Below are positions 1 through 12,500 of a stretch of DNA of 64,000 nt, piece after piece (position 1 is the stretch's first letter; every line of letters begins with the position of its first letter). Source of the stretch: an uncultured Thermoanaerobaculia bacterium (GTDB taxonomy: Bacteria; Acidobacteriota; Thermoanaerobaculia; Thermoanaerobaculales; Sulfomarinibacteraceae); contig CAZXMW010000001.1 in the NCBI GenBank assembly GCA_964641415.1, positions 66,545-130,544 of the forward strand. Direction: 5' to 3'. Under the pieces are notes generated by a model. It saw only the letters and a program-made list of their open reading frames with translations, was not told the DNA's origin and did not search any database. The translations under genes and the position numbers were made by a program.

Positions 1-2
1 CC

Positions 3-341
3 GGAGAGATCGCCGGGTGCACGTGGACCTGCACCGCGGGCCCCGGCTCGAGCTGCGCCGCTGCCGGCACGGCGCCCCCGTTCGGCGAGGCCGTGGACCT
101 GGGCGCTCCCGGAGTCGCGTTCTTCGAGCTCGCCTGCGCCCTGGACCCCTCGGCCGCCGGCGGCTCGGCGACCGTGGCCGCCTCGGTGTCGGCACCCTCG
201 AGCTTCATCGACCCGGATCTCGACAACAACCAGGCGGTGGCGACGACCGAGATTCCGATTCCGGTGCTCCTGCAGCGTTTCACCGTCGAGTCACGGTCAC
301 CGTCCGGCGCCTGCCCTCACGATCGTGGCGGGGCGGAGTGA
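3..341 (+). CDS. 3' end of a surface protein with the same DUF11-like repeat unit as the giant adhesins (5' end outside window)
   Basis: Frame 3 is open from the window edge to TGA 339-341. The translation GCTWTCTAGPGSSCAAAGT...VDLGAPGVAFFELACALDP...DPDLDNNQAVATTE matches the 'TW(T/S)C..G..C...G...VDLAPG.S.TF...DP...DN.A' unit repeated in the downstream giant proteins. Confidence 0.55.
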   Translation, partial: GEIAGCTWTCTAGPGSSCAAAGTAPPFGEAVDLGAPGVAFFELACALDPSAAGGSATVAASVSAPSSFIDPDLDNNQAVATTEIPIPVLLQRFTVESRSPSGACPHDRGGAE

Positions 342-411
342 GTGAGGGCACGAGAGCACGAGAGCACGACGTGGTCGATGCGATCTTGAGGCACCTCGAT
401 CGCATTTTCTC

Positions 412-427
412 GTGTGACCTGTATCAC
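412..427 (+). promoter_or_regulatory. CRP/FNR-family-like palindrome TGTGACCTGTATCACC (TGTGA-N6-TCAC), 138 nt upstream of adhesin gene 1
   Basis: 9/10 match to the TGTGA-N6-TCACA half-sites. The same core GTGACCTGTATCAC recurs at 12944-12957, at the identical distance from the second adhesin start. It is followed 12 nt later by a conserved GTGGAACC box (439-446). Confidence 0.4.
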
Positions 428-549
428 CCGACCCCGGTCGTGGAACCGACGAACAGTATGCGTCTGGATTCGACCGTTCGTCACCCACAGCATCAGCGCT
501 TCCGGAGGCTTGGATCCGGCGCTGAAGCCATCGCGCCGGGAGGCCCGTC

Positions 550-3500
550 ATGTTCTCGAGCTTCAGCGTGTCGCCGAGCCGCACAACTGTGATCCGCACC
601 GGACTGGCAGCTTTGTCTCTTGCCCTGGCCTTGTCGGCGGCATCGCCCGTCGAGGCCCAGTGCACCGTCGACTTCACGTGGTCGCCCTCGGCCGTCTACC
701 AGGGCACCACGGTGAGCTTCAATGCGACCGGGGCGACCAGCGGCACCGCCTTCAACTTCAACGACGGCAACCTGCCGTCGGGGTGGGTGGTCGGCGGCGG
801 CTACACCGTCGGCGCCGAGACCTGTGCCACCTCATACATGAACTGGAACAGCACCAACTTCTACTGGGCCTCGACTGCGGGTTCGGGGACGCCATACATC
901 GAGACCAGCGGCGTCGACGTATCCGGAGGCGGATCGATCGATTTCATCATGGCCTACGCGATTCAGGGCGGCAGCTCGCCGTGCGAAGGGCCTGACGCGT
1001 CCGGCGAGGGCGTGTACCTGGAGTACTCGACCAACGGCGGCGCCTCATGGACGCAGATCAACTACTGGGACCCCAACGGCGGTAGCGTTGGAAGCAATCC
1101 CTTCGCCGGCACCTGGACGACCGTGGCCCAATCGATCCCGTCCGGCGCGCGGACCACCAACACCAAGTTCCGCTGGATCCAGAAGAACTCCTCGGGCTCG
1201 GCGTACGACAACTGGGGCATCGACGAGGTCGCAATCAGCGGCGTCAGCTCCACCGACTGGATCACCGGGTACTCGTGGACCTTCGGGGATGGCGGAACGT
1301 CGAGCGTTGAGGACCCGACGCACAGCTACTCCTCTCCCGGAGCCAAGTCGGTCAGCGCGACCGTGTCCACACACCTCGGCTGCACCTACACCCGTACCAA
1401 GTCACTCACCGTCACCAACCGCCTGCCCACCACCAACCCCGTCAGCTTCAACGGCAGCACCATCTCTTGGACCTACGCCGACGCCGACGGCAACGGTCAG
1501 GCCCAGTACGAGGTCGAGGTCTGGCAGGGCGGGACACGCGTGTGGGATCCTGCCGTCGGATCCGGGGGCGCATCGTCGTTGGCATACGGAGGCCCATCGT
1601 TGGCGCCGGCAACGACCTACACCGCACAGGTGCGGGCGTTTGACGGCTATAACTGGGGTGGCTGGTCGTCGGCGAGCTACACGACACCTGCCGAGCACAC
1701 CTTGAGCGTCTCGCGCGCGGGAACCGGATCCGGCACGGTAATCTCGAGCCCGGCCGGCATCGACTGCGGCAGCGACTGCTCCGAGAGCTACGTCCACGGA
1801 ACTCCGGTCAATCTCACCGCAACCCCTGCAGTCGGCTCTCTGTTCACCGGCTGGTCGGGCGGCGCTTGCAGCGGCACCGGCGTCTGTTCAATCACCCTCA
1901 ATGCAAACACCACCGTCACCGCCAACTTCGCGAGCCCGGTGGCCGACAGCTACAGCTTCGACGAGGACGTCTCGAAGACCATCGCCGCACCCGGCGTCCT
2001 GGGCAACGACGCTGCCACGGGGCTCACGGCCGCGCTCGACTCGGGGCCCTCGAACGAGGCGAGCTTCACCTTCAACGCGGACGGGTCGTTCACCTACCAG
2101 GCCGCGCCGAACTGGAACGGCGCCGACAGCTTCACCTACGCGCTGAGCAACGGCAGCAGCACCTCCAGCGCGGCCACGGTCACCCTCAACGTCGCTGCGG
2201 TCGACGACTCGCCGACGCTCACGGCGTCCGGCGCCGCGAACACCTTCGTCGAGGATCTGGCCGCCGTTTTCGCCGACGATTCGATCCTTCTCGAGGACAT
2301 CGACGGCCCGAACCTCGATGGGGCCAAGGTCTCCATCTCCGGCGGCTTCGTCGCCGGCGAGGACTGGCTCGACTACACCCCGACCTCCGGCATCTCCGGC
2401 AGCTACGACGGTGGAACGGGTGTGCTGAGCTTGTCAGGCTCCGGAACCGCAGCGGCCTACCAGGCGGCCTTCCGCGCCGTGACGTACCGCAACTCCAACA
2501 GCTCCCTGCCCGACGAAGGGGACCGCACCGTTACCTTCTCCATCGGCGAGAGCACGCTGTACTCCCCCGACACCGGGCACTACTACGAGTTCGTCACGTC
2601 CAGCGGCATTTCGTGGACGGACGCAAAGAACGCCGCCGAGGCCCGGAGCTACTATGGCCTCCAGGGCTACCTCGTCACTGCCACCTCGAGCGCCGAGAAC
2701 ACCTTCGTCGCCTCGAAGCTTCAGGGCCAGGGCTGGATCGGCGCCAGCGACGCGGGCTCCGAGAACGTCTGGATCTGGGCCACCGGTCCCGAGAACGGCA
2801 CCCAGTTCTGGCAGGGTCTCGCGGACGGCTATGTCGTCGGCGGCGAGTACAACAACTGGGCCTCGGGCGAGCCCAACAACGCCGGCGGCGAGGACTACGC
2901 CCACTACCTGACCAACGGTGAGTGGAACGACTACCCCGTCCAGCTGAGCGGAATCAGCGGTTACGTCGTCGAGTACGGCGGCATGCCGGGCGACCCGGCA
3001 GTCGTGTCTCTCACGGCCGACGTCACCGTTCACGTTCAGGAGGTCAACGATCCGCCCGTCGCCAACCCCGATTCAACGACGGTGATCGAGGACGGCTCGG
3101 TCACCATTCCCGTTCTCGGCAACGACACCGACATCGACGACGGCACCCCGACCATCATCGGGGTCACCCAGGGTTCCATCGGCGCCGTAGCCCACAACGG
3201 CAGCACCGTCACGTACACACCGAACGCCGACGCCAACGGACCCGATTCCTTCACCTACACGATCAGCGACGGACGCGGCGGCGCCGCGACCGGCGCCGTG
3301 ACCGTCACGGTAACCCCGGTGGCCGACATCTCCATCGGCGACGTCACACAGAACGAGGGCAGCGGCGGTGGAACCACCGCTTTCGTGTTCACGGTGAGCC
3401 TGGACGAGCCGGCGTCGACCACGGTGCAGATTCCTTGGTCCACGGCCGACGGGACCGCCCTGGCCGGCGAAGACTACACTGCCGCCTCGAACACCCTGAC

Positions 3501-6500
3501 CCTGACCGTCGGACAGTCCTCCGGGACCATCTCGATCGCGGTCGGCGCCGACGAGAAGCACGAGCTCGACGAGAGTTTCGTGGTCAACCTCGGGGCGCCG
3601 GTCAACGGTTCACTGGTCGATGGCCAGGGCGCGGCGACCGTGGCCAACGACGACCCTGAACCGACCCTCTCGGTAGATGATCCCGTTGTCGCTGAGGCCA
3701 CCGGTTCGGCAACGACCCTCGTGTTCACCGTCAGTCTGGATCGGCCCTCGTACCAAATCGTCACCGTCAGCGTCGCGACCTCGGATGGAGATGCCGAGGC
3801 CGGCGCGGACTACGTCGCGATCCCGCCGACAACGATCACGTTTGCGGCCACCGAGACCGTACAGACGGTGCCGGTGACCGTCATCGGCGACGACCTCGAC
3901 GAGCTTGACGAGACCCTCCAGCTCGACCTGAGCTCTCCGGTCAACGCGACCATCGCCGACTCGACCGGCGTCGGAACCATCACCGACGACGACGACACCC
4001 CGACCCTGGCGGTGGCGGACCTCACGGTGGACGAGAACGACGGCGGCGGCGCAGCTCTGGTGCAGGTCACCCTGACCGGCAAGAGCCAGCGCACCATCAC
4101 CGTGGATGCGGCCACCTCCGACGGCGACGCGGCGGCGGGCGCCGACTACACGGCGCAGACGACGACCTTCACGTGGCTCAGTGGCGAGACCGGCGCCCAG
4201 ACCCTGTCGGTCCCGATCACCGACGACGGCGAGGACGAGGCCGACGAGTCCTTCACCGTTTCGTTGTCCTCGGCCGAGGCCGCGACCATCGCGGACGCCG
4301 ATGCGGCCGTCACCATCCGCGACAACGACGCCGATGTCGGCATCAGCAAGACCGACGACTCCGATCTGGCGATCCCGGGCACCCCGCTGACCTACACCAT
4401 CGTGGTCAGCAACCCCGGCCACCACCAGGTCAACGGCGCGACTGTGGCCGACGTCCTGCCACCCGAGGTGCTCGGCGCCACCTGGACCTGCTCCGCCACC
4501 TCGGGCTCGGTCTGTGGTGCGGCGTCCGGGTCAGGCGACATCAACACCACGGTCGACATGGCCCCCGGCGGCTCGGCCACTTTCATCCTCGACGGCACCG
4601 TGTCCGAGACCGGCGAGGGCACGCTCGTGAACACCGCGACGGTGACGCTCGCCCCGGGCTTCCTCTCCGATCCGGACACGAGCGACAACACGGCGTCGGA
4701 CAGCTCGCTCATGGAGCGCCACGCCGACCTCGAGATCACCCTGGTCAACGACATGGACCCGATCGTGGTCGGGACCCCGGGCCGCTGGACGGCAACCCTG
4801 ACCAACCACGGGCCGTCCGACGCTCCGGGCGTCCTCGTCAGCTTCGACCTGCCCGCGGGCGCGGTCTGGGACGACGCCTCGCCGGGCGACTGCAGTCAAG
4901 CAGGCGAAACCGTGACCTGCACCGACGTCGCGTCCCTGGACATCGACGAGTCCGCCTCGTTCACTTTCTCTGCCCACCTCACCGAGCTCCCGGACGCCCC
5001 GAACCCGACGGAATTGACCGTCGGTGCGACGGTCGACTTCGACGACGGCCTCGGCGCGGTCGAGGAGAACCCCGCCAACTCCAGCGCCGTCGACTCAGTG
5101 GAAGTGGGTCCGATCGTGGTCAACACGACGGCGGACGACGACGACGGCCGCTGCACGGTGGGCCATTGCAGCCTGCGCGAGGCGATCTCCCTTGCGAACC
5201 TCAACCCTCCCACCGACGACATCCGCTTCGGCATCCCCGAACCCATGGCGACGCATGGGGTCTACCGGATCGGAGTCAACTCGATCGGCCTCGGCAAGCT
5301 ACCGGTGGTGACCGGCGAGACCCGGTTCAGCGGCGAGTCCCAGCCCGGCTTCGAGGGATCTTCGCTGATCGTGGTCGACGGCGCCGCCGCGCCCTTCGGC
5401 GCGACTGGTCTGAGCCTCACTGGAGGCGCCTCGGTGGTGTCCGCCCTGACGGTGGTGGGATTCACCGGCCATGGCGTGATGCTGTCGAACGCAGGCAACA
5501 ACGAAATCTCCGGATGCACGATCGGTGTCGAGGGCGCCGGTGAAACCGCCAACGGCAACCTCGGCAACGGCCTCTACATCCGGAACGTACCGGACACTCA
5601 CGTTCACGACAGCGTCATCGGCGCCAACGGCCGCAGCGGCATCGTCCTCGAAAGCTCGCGCACGACCGGCTCGTCGATCCATGACTGCTTCATCGGCGTC
5701 GGCATCGGCGGCACGACCGCTCTCGGCAATGGCGAGCACGGGATCTACGTTGTCGGCGCCAGCGACAACGATCTTGGTCCGAGCAACCTGATTGCCAACA
5801 ACAACGTCAACGGCATTTTGGTGTCGACCGGGTTGGGCAATCGGATCGAGGGCAACGAGATTCATGGGAACACGTTGTTGGGGATCGACCTAGCGAACGA
5901 CGGTGTGACGGCGAACGACCCGATGGACGGGGACGATGGCGCGAATCATCTGCAGAACTACCCGGTGCTGACGCGGGTGACTGAGGGGAGCGCGGCGACC
6001 GGGATCGTCGGGGATCTTGCGAGCGCGGCGTCGACGGAGTATGCGGTGGAGTTTTTCGCGAGCTCGGCGTGCGATCCGTCGGGTTACGGCGAGGCGGAGA
6101 CGGTGGTGTGGTCGACGACGGTGACGACCGACGCGGGCGGCGGGGTCCATTTCGAGCTGGCGGCGCCGGTGACGGTGACGGCCGGCTGGTACCTGACGGC
6201 GACGGCGACGGATCCGGACGGCAACACCTCTGAGCTGTCGGCGTGTCGCGAGGTCGAGGCGGCGCCTTCGGTATCGATCGGCGATGTGTCGGTCACGGAG
6301 TCGGACGGCGGCACGAGCGTGACGGCGGCGTTTGCGGTGAGCCTGTCGGCGCCGAGCGGTCTACCGGCCGAGGTGTCGTGGTCGACGGCGGACGGCAGTG
6401 CGGTTGCGGGTCTGGACTACCAGGCGGCTGCGGGCACGGTGGGCTTTGCGCCGGGGCAGACGTCGGCGGTGGTGGAGGTCACGGTGCTCGGCGACGATCT

Positions 6501-9500
6501 CGACGAGTTCGACGAGGTCTTCACGGTGGTTCTGGGCTCTGCGCTGGACTGCACGATCGCCGACGGTGTCGGCGAGGGAGTGATCGTCGACCAGGACGAG
6601 CCGCCGAGCTTTGCGATCGACGATCAGACCGTGGCCGAGGGTGCGGCCGGCACGAGTGTGGACGCGGTCTTCACGGTGACGCTGTCGGCGCCATCGGGCA
6701 AGCCGATCACGGTGGACTGGGCGACGGCGGACGGCACGGCGACGGCGGGCGCGGACTACCAGGCGGGCTCGGGCCAGCTGAGCTTCGCGCCGGGCGAGAT
6801 GACGAAGACCGTCGACGTCATGGTCACTGGTGACGACGTCGACGAGTTCGACGAGACCTTCACGGTGGAGCTGACGGGCGAGAGCAACGCGACGCCGGCC
6901 GATGCGTTGGGTCTGGGGACGATCACGGACGACGACGACGAGCCGTCAGTGTCGATCGGCGACCGGACGGTGACGGAAGGCGCGAGCGGGAGCACGGTGG
7001 ATGCGACGTTTACGGTGAGCCTGTCGGCGGTGTCCGGCAAGGCGATCACGGTGGACTGGGCGACGGCGGACGGCGCGGCGACGGCGCCGGCGGACTATGC
7101 TGCGGCGTCCGGTCAGCTGGACTTTGCGCCGGGCGAGACCGAGCACACGGTCGCGGTGACCGTGGCGGGCGACGACGAGGACGAGGGCGATCACGCGGCG
7201 AGCGTGGAGCTGTCGGGTCTGGTCAACGTCGGTGCCGGTGATCTGTCGGGCGATCTTTTGATCACGGACGACGACGCGGACGTCAACATCACGAAGACCG
7301 ACGGTGTGGCCGAGGCGACGCCGGGGACCGGCCACAGCTACACGGTGACGGTGGCGAATCCCGGCAACCATCAGGTCGACGATGCGGTCGTGACGGACAA
7401 CCTGCCGGCGGCCCTGACCGGGACGAGCTGGAGCTGTGTGGCCTCGGGCGGCGCGGCGTGCGACCAGGCCTCGGGGACCGGCAACCTGTCGACCACGGTC
7501 GATCTGGCGCCGGGCAGCTCGGTGACCTTCACCATCGACGGGACCATTGATCCGTCGGCGCGCGGCGCGCTTTCCAACACCGCGACGGTGGCGCTGGTGG
7601 CCGGGCTGCTGGAGGATCCGAATCTCGCGGACAACACGGCTACGGACAACACCAGCCTGGCGCCGGCCATCGATCTTTCGATCGTGAAGTCTGACGACGC
7701 GGACCCGGTGATTGCGGGGGCGGCGCTGGTCTACACCCTCGAGGTGGGCAATGCCGGTCCCTCCGACGCCACCGGCGTCGAGGTGACGGACACCCTGCCG
7801 GCGGGCGTGAGCTTTGTTTCAGCGTCGCCGGGATGTGTCGAGTCGGCCGGGGTGGTGGCGTGCGCGGTGGGCGATCTGGCGGCGACGGCTTCGACGAACA
7901 TGGTCGTAGCGGTCGATGTCGATCCCGAGACGCGCGGCACCATCAGCAACACAGCGGTCGTCTCGGGTGTCGAGACCGACAGCGATCCCGGAAACGATTC
8001 CGACTCCGAGGACACGGTGGTGGAGGCGTCGGCGGATCTCGATCTGGCCAAGGAGGCGCCGGTTTCGGTGAGCCGCGGCGACAGCTTCGATGTTTCGCTG
8101 ACTGTCACGAACCTCGGTCAGTCGGACGCCTTCGGCGTGGTAGTGGACGACCCGACGCCGCAGGGTTTGACTTTCGACGGTGCGACGGCGCCGTGCGATG
8201 GCGGCTTCCCGTGCGATCTGGGCGCCCTGGAAGCGGGCGCGAGCGCGGCGATCACCGTCAGTCTCACCATCCCGGTCGACTACGACGGGCCGGACCCGAT
8301 CACCAACACGGCTTCGGTGTCCGCGGAGACCCCGGACCCGGTATCGGGGAACAACCTGGCGGCGACCACGACGGCGGTCGACCGGACGCCGGAGGCCGAC
8401 CTGGTGGTGGCCAAGAGCGGGCCGCCGACGGTGGCGCCGGGATCTGCGATCACCTGGAGCGTGACGGTGACCAATGACGGTCCGGATCAGGCGAGTGATG
8501 CGGAGCTCGTCGACACGATTCCGGCCGGTCTGGTGTTTGCGTCGGCCTCGACCGGGTGCGGCGAGGCTGCCGGTGTCGTGACCTGTTTGCTGGGCGATCT
8601 GGCGGCTCATGAGAGCGCGACGGTGGCGATCACGGCGACGGTGCCGGTGGACTACGCGGGCTCTGATCCCATCGTCAACACCGCTACGGTCGGCTCGGCG
8701 GTGGCCGATCCGGATGACACGAACGACTCGGACAGTGCGTCCACGGCCCTGGGTGCGGACACGATGGATCTGTCGATCATCAAGACCGCCCCGGAGACCG
8801 CGGAGCTGAGCGATGTGATCACCTACACCCTGACCGTGACCAACCACGGGCCGGCGACGGCGGTGGGCGTCGTCGCGAGCGACGTGCTGCCGGCGGAGGT
8901 GGCGTTTGTCAGCGCTTCTGCGGGCTGTGCCGAGGGCGGTGGTCAGGTGGACTGCGACTTCGGCGATCTGGCGGCGGGCGCGAGCGCGTCGGCGACGATT
9001 GATGTCGAGGTGATCGCGGCGTCGGGTCTGATCGTCAACACGGCGACGGTGGCTGCGATCGGCCCGATCGACGCCGATGCTTCGAACAACGTCTCCTCAG
9101 CCTCGACGGCGGTCGGTGAGCTGCCGGCCGACGTGGCGGTGACCGTCGATCTGCCGGACGAGGCGGTGCCGGGGCGGGAGCTGCCGGCGACGGTGGTGGT
9201 GACCAACCACGGGCCGGCCGCGGCCTCCGGGGTGAGCCTGGACGTCCCGGCGCCTGCCGGGCTGGCCGAGCTTGGGGTGAGCGCCCCGTGCTCGTCCGGA
9301 TTCCCGTGCAGCCTCGGCGATCTCGCCGCCGGCTCGTCGCGGATCGTGACGGTCAGCTATGCGGTGTCGTCGGACTACGCGGGTCCGGACCCGATCGTGG
9401 TGAGCGCAACCGCGACCACGCTGACGACCGACGCCGATCCGGCGAACGACACCGGAACGGCAACGACGCCGGTGCTGCGGCTGGTCGATCTGGCCGTGGA

Positions 9501-12500
9501 TCTGGTGGACCTGCCGGATCCGGTGGTGGCGGGCAGCGGAGTTGGAAACCTCGGCTACACGCTGACTCTGGTCAACGCTGGTCCGACCGACGCGTCGAAC
9601 GCGACCGTCGATCTCGGCACGGTGCTGCCGGCCGGGGTGAGCGTGGTTTCGGTGACGCCGGTGAGCGGCAGCTGGGCTGGGTCGACCTGGACGGTGGCGT
9701 CGCTGCCGGCGGGGGGCTCTGAGAGCCTGATCATGCTGCTGACGGTGGACGCGACGGCGGCGCACGGGGCCATTATTTCGGCGACTGCGACCGTGACCGG
9801 CGCGGCTGAGGTCCTGATCAACTTCGGCGACGACACGGCGACCGAGATGACGACGGTCACGCGGGCGGTGGATCTCATCGTGGACGTGGCCGAGAGCGCG
9901 GACCCGGTGGTCGCGGGCTCGGGCGCCGGGAACGTCGTCCACACGGTGACCGTGACCAACGCCGGTCCGTCGATGGCGACGGGCGTGGTCCTCAGCGAGA
10001 TACTGACGCTGCCGGCGGGCGCGAGCCTGGACTCGGCGACGCCGAGTCAGGGCGGCTATGCGGTCCCGGCGTGGACGGTGGGCGAGCTGCCCGTGGGCGC
10101 GTCGGCGACGCTGACCATGGTGGTCACGGCCTCGGCCGACGCGGCCGACGGCTCGACGGTGGATTCCAGCGCGGCGGTCACGGCCGCCAACGAGGCACTG
10201 GTCAACACCGGCGACGACGCGGACTTTGAGAGCACGACCATCAACCGCGAGGTGGACCTGGCGGTGGCGGTGACGGAGAGCGTCGACCCGGTGGTCGCGG
10301 GCTCGGGCGCGGGCAACCTCACTCATGTCGTGACCGTCACCAATCACGGTCCGTCGTTTGCGACCTCGCTGGGGCTCGACGTCACGGCCGCTCTGCCTTC
10401 GGGGGTGATCCTCGACTCGGCGGTGGCGAGCCAGGGCGGTTTCGTGGCTCCGGCGTGGACGGTGGGCGAGCTGCCCGTGGGCGCGTCGGCGACCCTGACC
10501 CTGACCTTCAGCGTCGGGGAAGAGGCCGTGGACGGCGCCGAGATCACGACCGGCGCGGCGGTTTCCGGCGCGGCCGAGACCATCGTCAACCCGGGCGACG
10601 ACGCGGCTGTCGAGGCCACCACGGTGAGCCGTGAGCACGACGTCTCGGTGACCATCACCGAGTCGGTCGACCCGGTGGCGGCGGGTGCGCCGTCGCCGAG
10701 CCTGACCTACGTCGTGATCGCCCGCAACTTCGGTCCATCGGGCGTCTCCGGGCTCACTCTCGACGTCGCGACGACGCTGCCGGCGGGCGTGGTGATCGAG
10801 GACATCATTCCCTCGGCGGGGGTTTTCGCCGACCCGACGTGGACGGTGGGCGAGCTGGGCAACGGAGCGAGCGAGACGCTGACCATCCAGCTCGGGGTGT
10901 CGAGCGCGGCGGCGGACGGCTCGCAGATCAGCTGCGGGGCGGGCGTCACGGCGGCATCCGGCACGCTCCTCAACCCCGGGGACGACTCGGCGCTTGAGGT
11001 CACCACGGTGATCGCCGAGGCGGACCTCGAGCTGGCGGCGGCTCAGAGCGTCGACCCGGTCGTCGCGGGCTCGGGCGCCGGCAATCTGGTGCACACTGTG
11101 ACCGTCACCAACCATGGTCCGTCGGACGCCCTCGCGACCGCGGTCGACATCGCCGTCGTTCTGCCTGCGGGAGCGACCCTGGACAGCGTTGTGCCGAGTG
11201 CGGGCGGCTGGGCCGACCCGGTTTGGACGGTGGGCGACCTGGCGTCCGGGGCGTCGGCTTCGGTGGAGCTGGTGTACACCGTCGGTGCGTCGGCGGCGGC
11301 CGGCGGCGCGATCGAGCTGGCGGCGGCGGCGACGGCCTCGGTGTCGCTCGTCAACCCCACCAACGACGCAGTCGCGGTGTCGACCCTGGTCGACGCGCTG
11401 ACCGACCTCGAGCTCGACAAGTCCGACGGCGAGGACCCGCTCGTCAGCGGTCCCGACCTCGCCTACACCCTCGAGGTCCTCAACCACGGTCCCTCAGACT
11501 CCACCGGCGCAACGGTCGTCGACATGCTGCCCGCCGAGGCCTCCTTCGTGTCGGCCTCGCCGGGCTGCGTCCACGACTCGGGCACGGTGACCTGCGCGCT
11601 GAGCGGGGTCGCGGCCGGCGCCTCGGCCCTGCTCGTCATCGAGGTCACGGTCGACCCGACCGCGCCCTTCATCGACAACACCGCCTCCGTGGCCGCCGAC
11701 GAGCCGGACCCCGTCCCGGGCAACGACGCCGACACCGAACGGACGACCCTCGACGTGGTCCCGCCGCAAGTCGACCATCTCCTGTCCACAGCCTCCGACG
11801 ACGACGGCGTCCTCGACGAGTGCGACACCATCACCGGTGAAATCGTCACCCTCGGCGTCGTCTTCGACGAGATCATGCACGACCCGCCGGGCGACACCGA
11901 GCCCCTCGACGTCACCAGCCCCGACGCCTACCTCCTGGTCGGCGCCGGCCCCGACGCCGACATCGACACCGTCGACTGCTCCGGCGTCCTCGGCGACGAC
12001 ATCGCCGTCCCCGTCGATGCGGTCGGCTACTCGGCCGCCTCGAGCACCGCGACCCTGTCCTTCCCCTACCCCGTGACCCTCAGCCACGACCTGCACCGCT
12101 TCGTCCTGTGCGCGGACCGCCTCGCCGACCGCGCCGGCAACCTCCTCGACGGCGACGGCAACGGCTCTCCCGGCGACCACCACGTCACCACCTTCAGGGT
12201 CGACGCCCACAACCTCTTCGACAACGGGCACCTCGACTGCTCTCTCGACGCGTGGACCGCCGTCTCGACCTTGCCCGAGGAGATCGAGTACGACCCCGCC
12301 GACGTCGACGACTCCTCCCTCTCCGGCTCCGCCCACATCACCTACCTCGCACCTCAGCCCTACATCGGCGTCAGCCAGTGCAGGCCTCTCGACGGCGCCC
12401 ACGACCTCACCCTCGCCGCCGAGATCGCCCTCCATCCCACCAGCAACTACACCGCCACCATCCACCTCCAGTGCCTCTCCTTCGACACCACCGACTGCTC

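Noticed and set aside
348-370. Short tandem repeats: (GCACGAGA)x2.9 at 348-370, heptamers (CTGACAG)2(CCGACAG)2 at 23746-23779, and (GCCAA)3-4 at 35794-35813
   Set aside because: Each has only 2-4 units in intergenic DNA, with no spacer architecture (so not CRISPR) and no association with a start codon or promoter that I can see. They are probably slippage noise. They are worth a glance only if strain comparisons show length variation.
439-446. TGGAAC in the conserved GTGGAACC boxes (also 12970-12977) as a possible sigma-54 -24 element
   Set aside because: No TTGC or GC dinucleotide lies at the required 12-nt offset in either copy, unlike the three genuine -24/-12 promoters in the window.
9097-11487. 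796-aa minus-strand ORF (twin at 19876-22266), plus many other 60-400-aa ORFs inside the adhesin genes
   Set aside because: They are antisense or off-frame to a domain-rich plus-strand CDS. Translations are Arg/Gly/Pro/His-rich low-complexity strings typical of alternative frames in very GC-rich DNA.
7270-11740. Regular periodicity of about 330-390 bp across the adhesin genes, considered as a possible CRISPR-like or satellite array
   Set aside because: The period corresponds to in-frame DUF11-like protein domains. Units are divergent at the DNA level except in short cores, and there are no short direct repeats with unique spacers.
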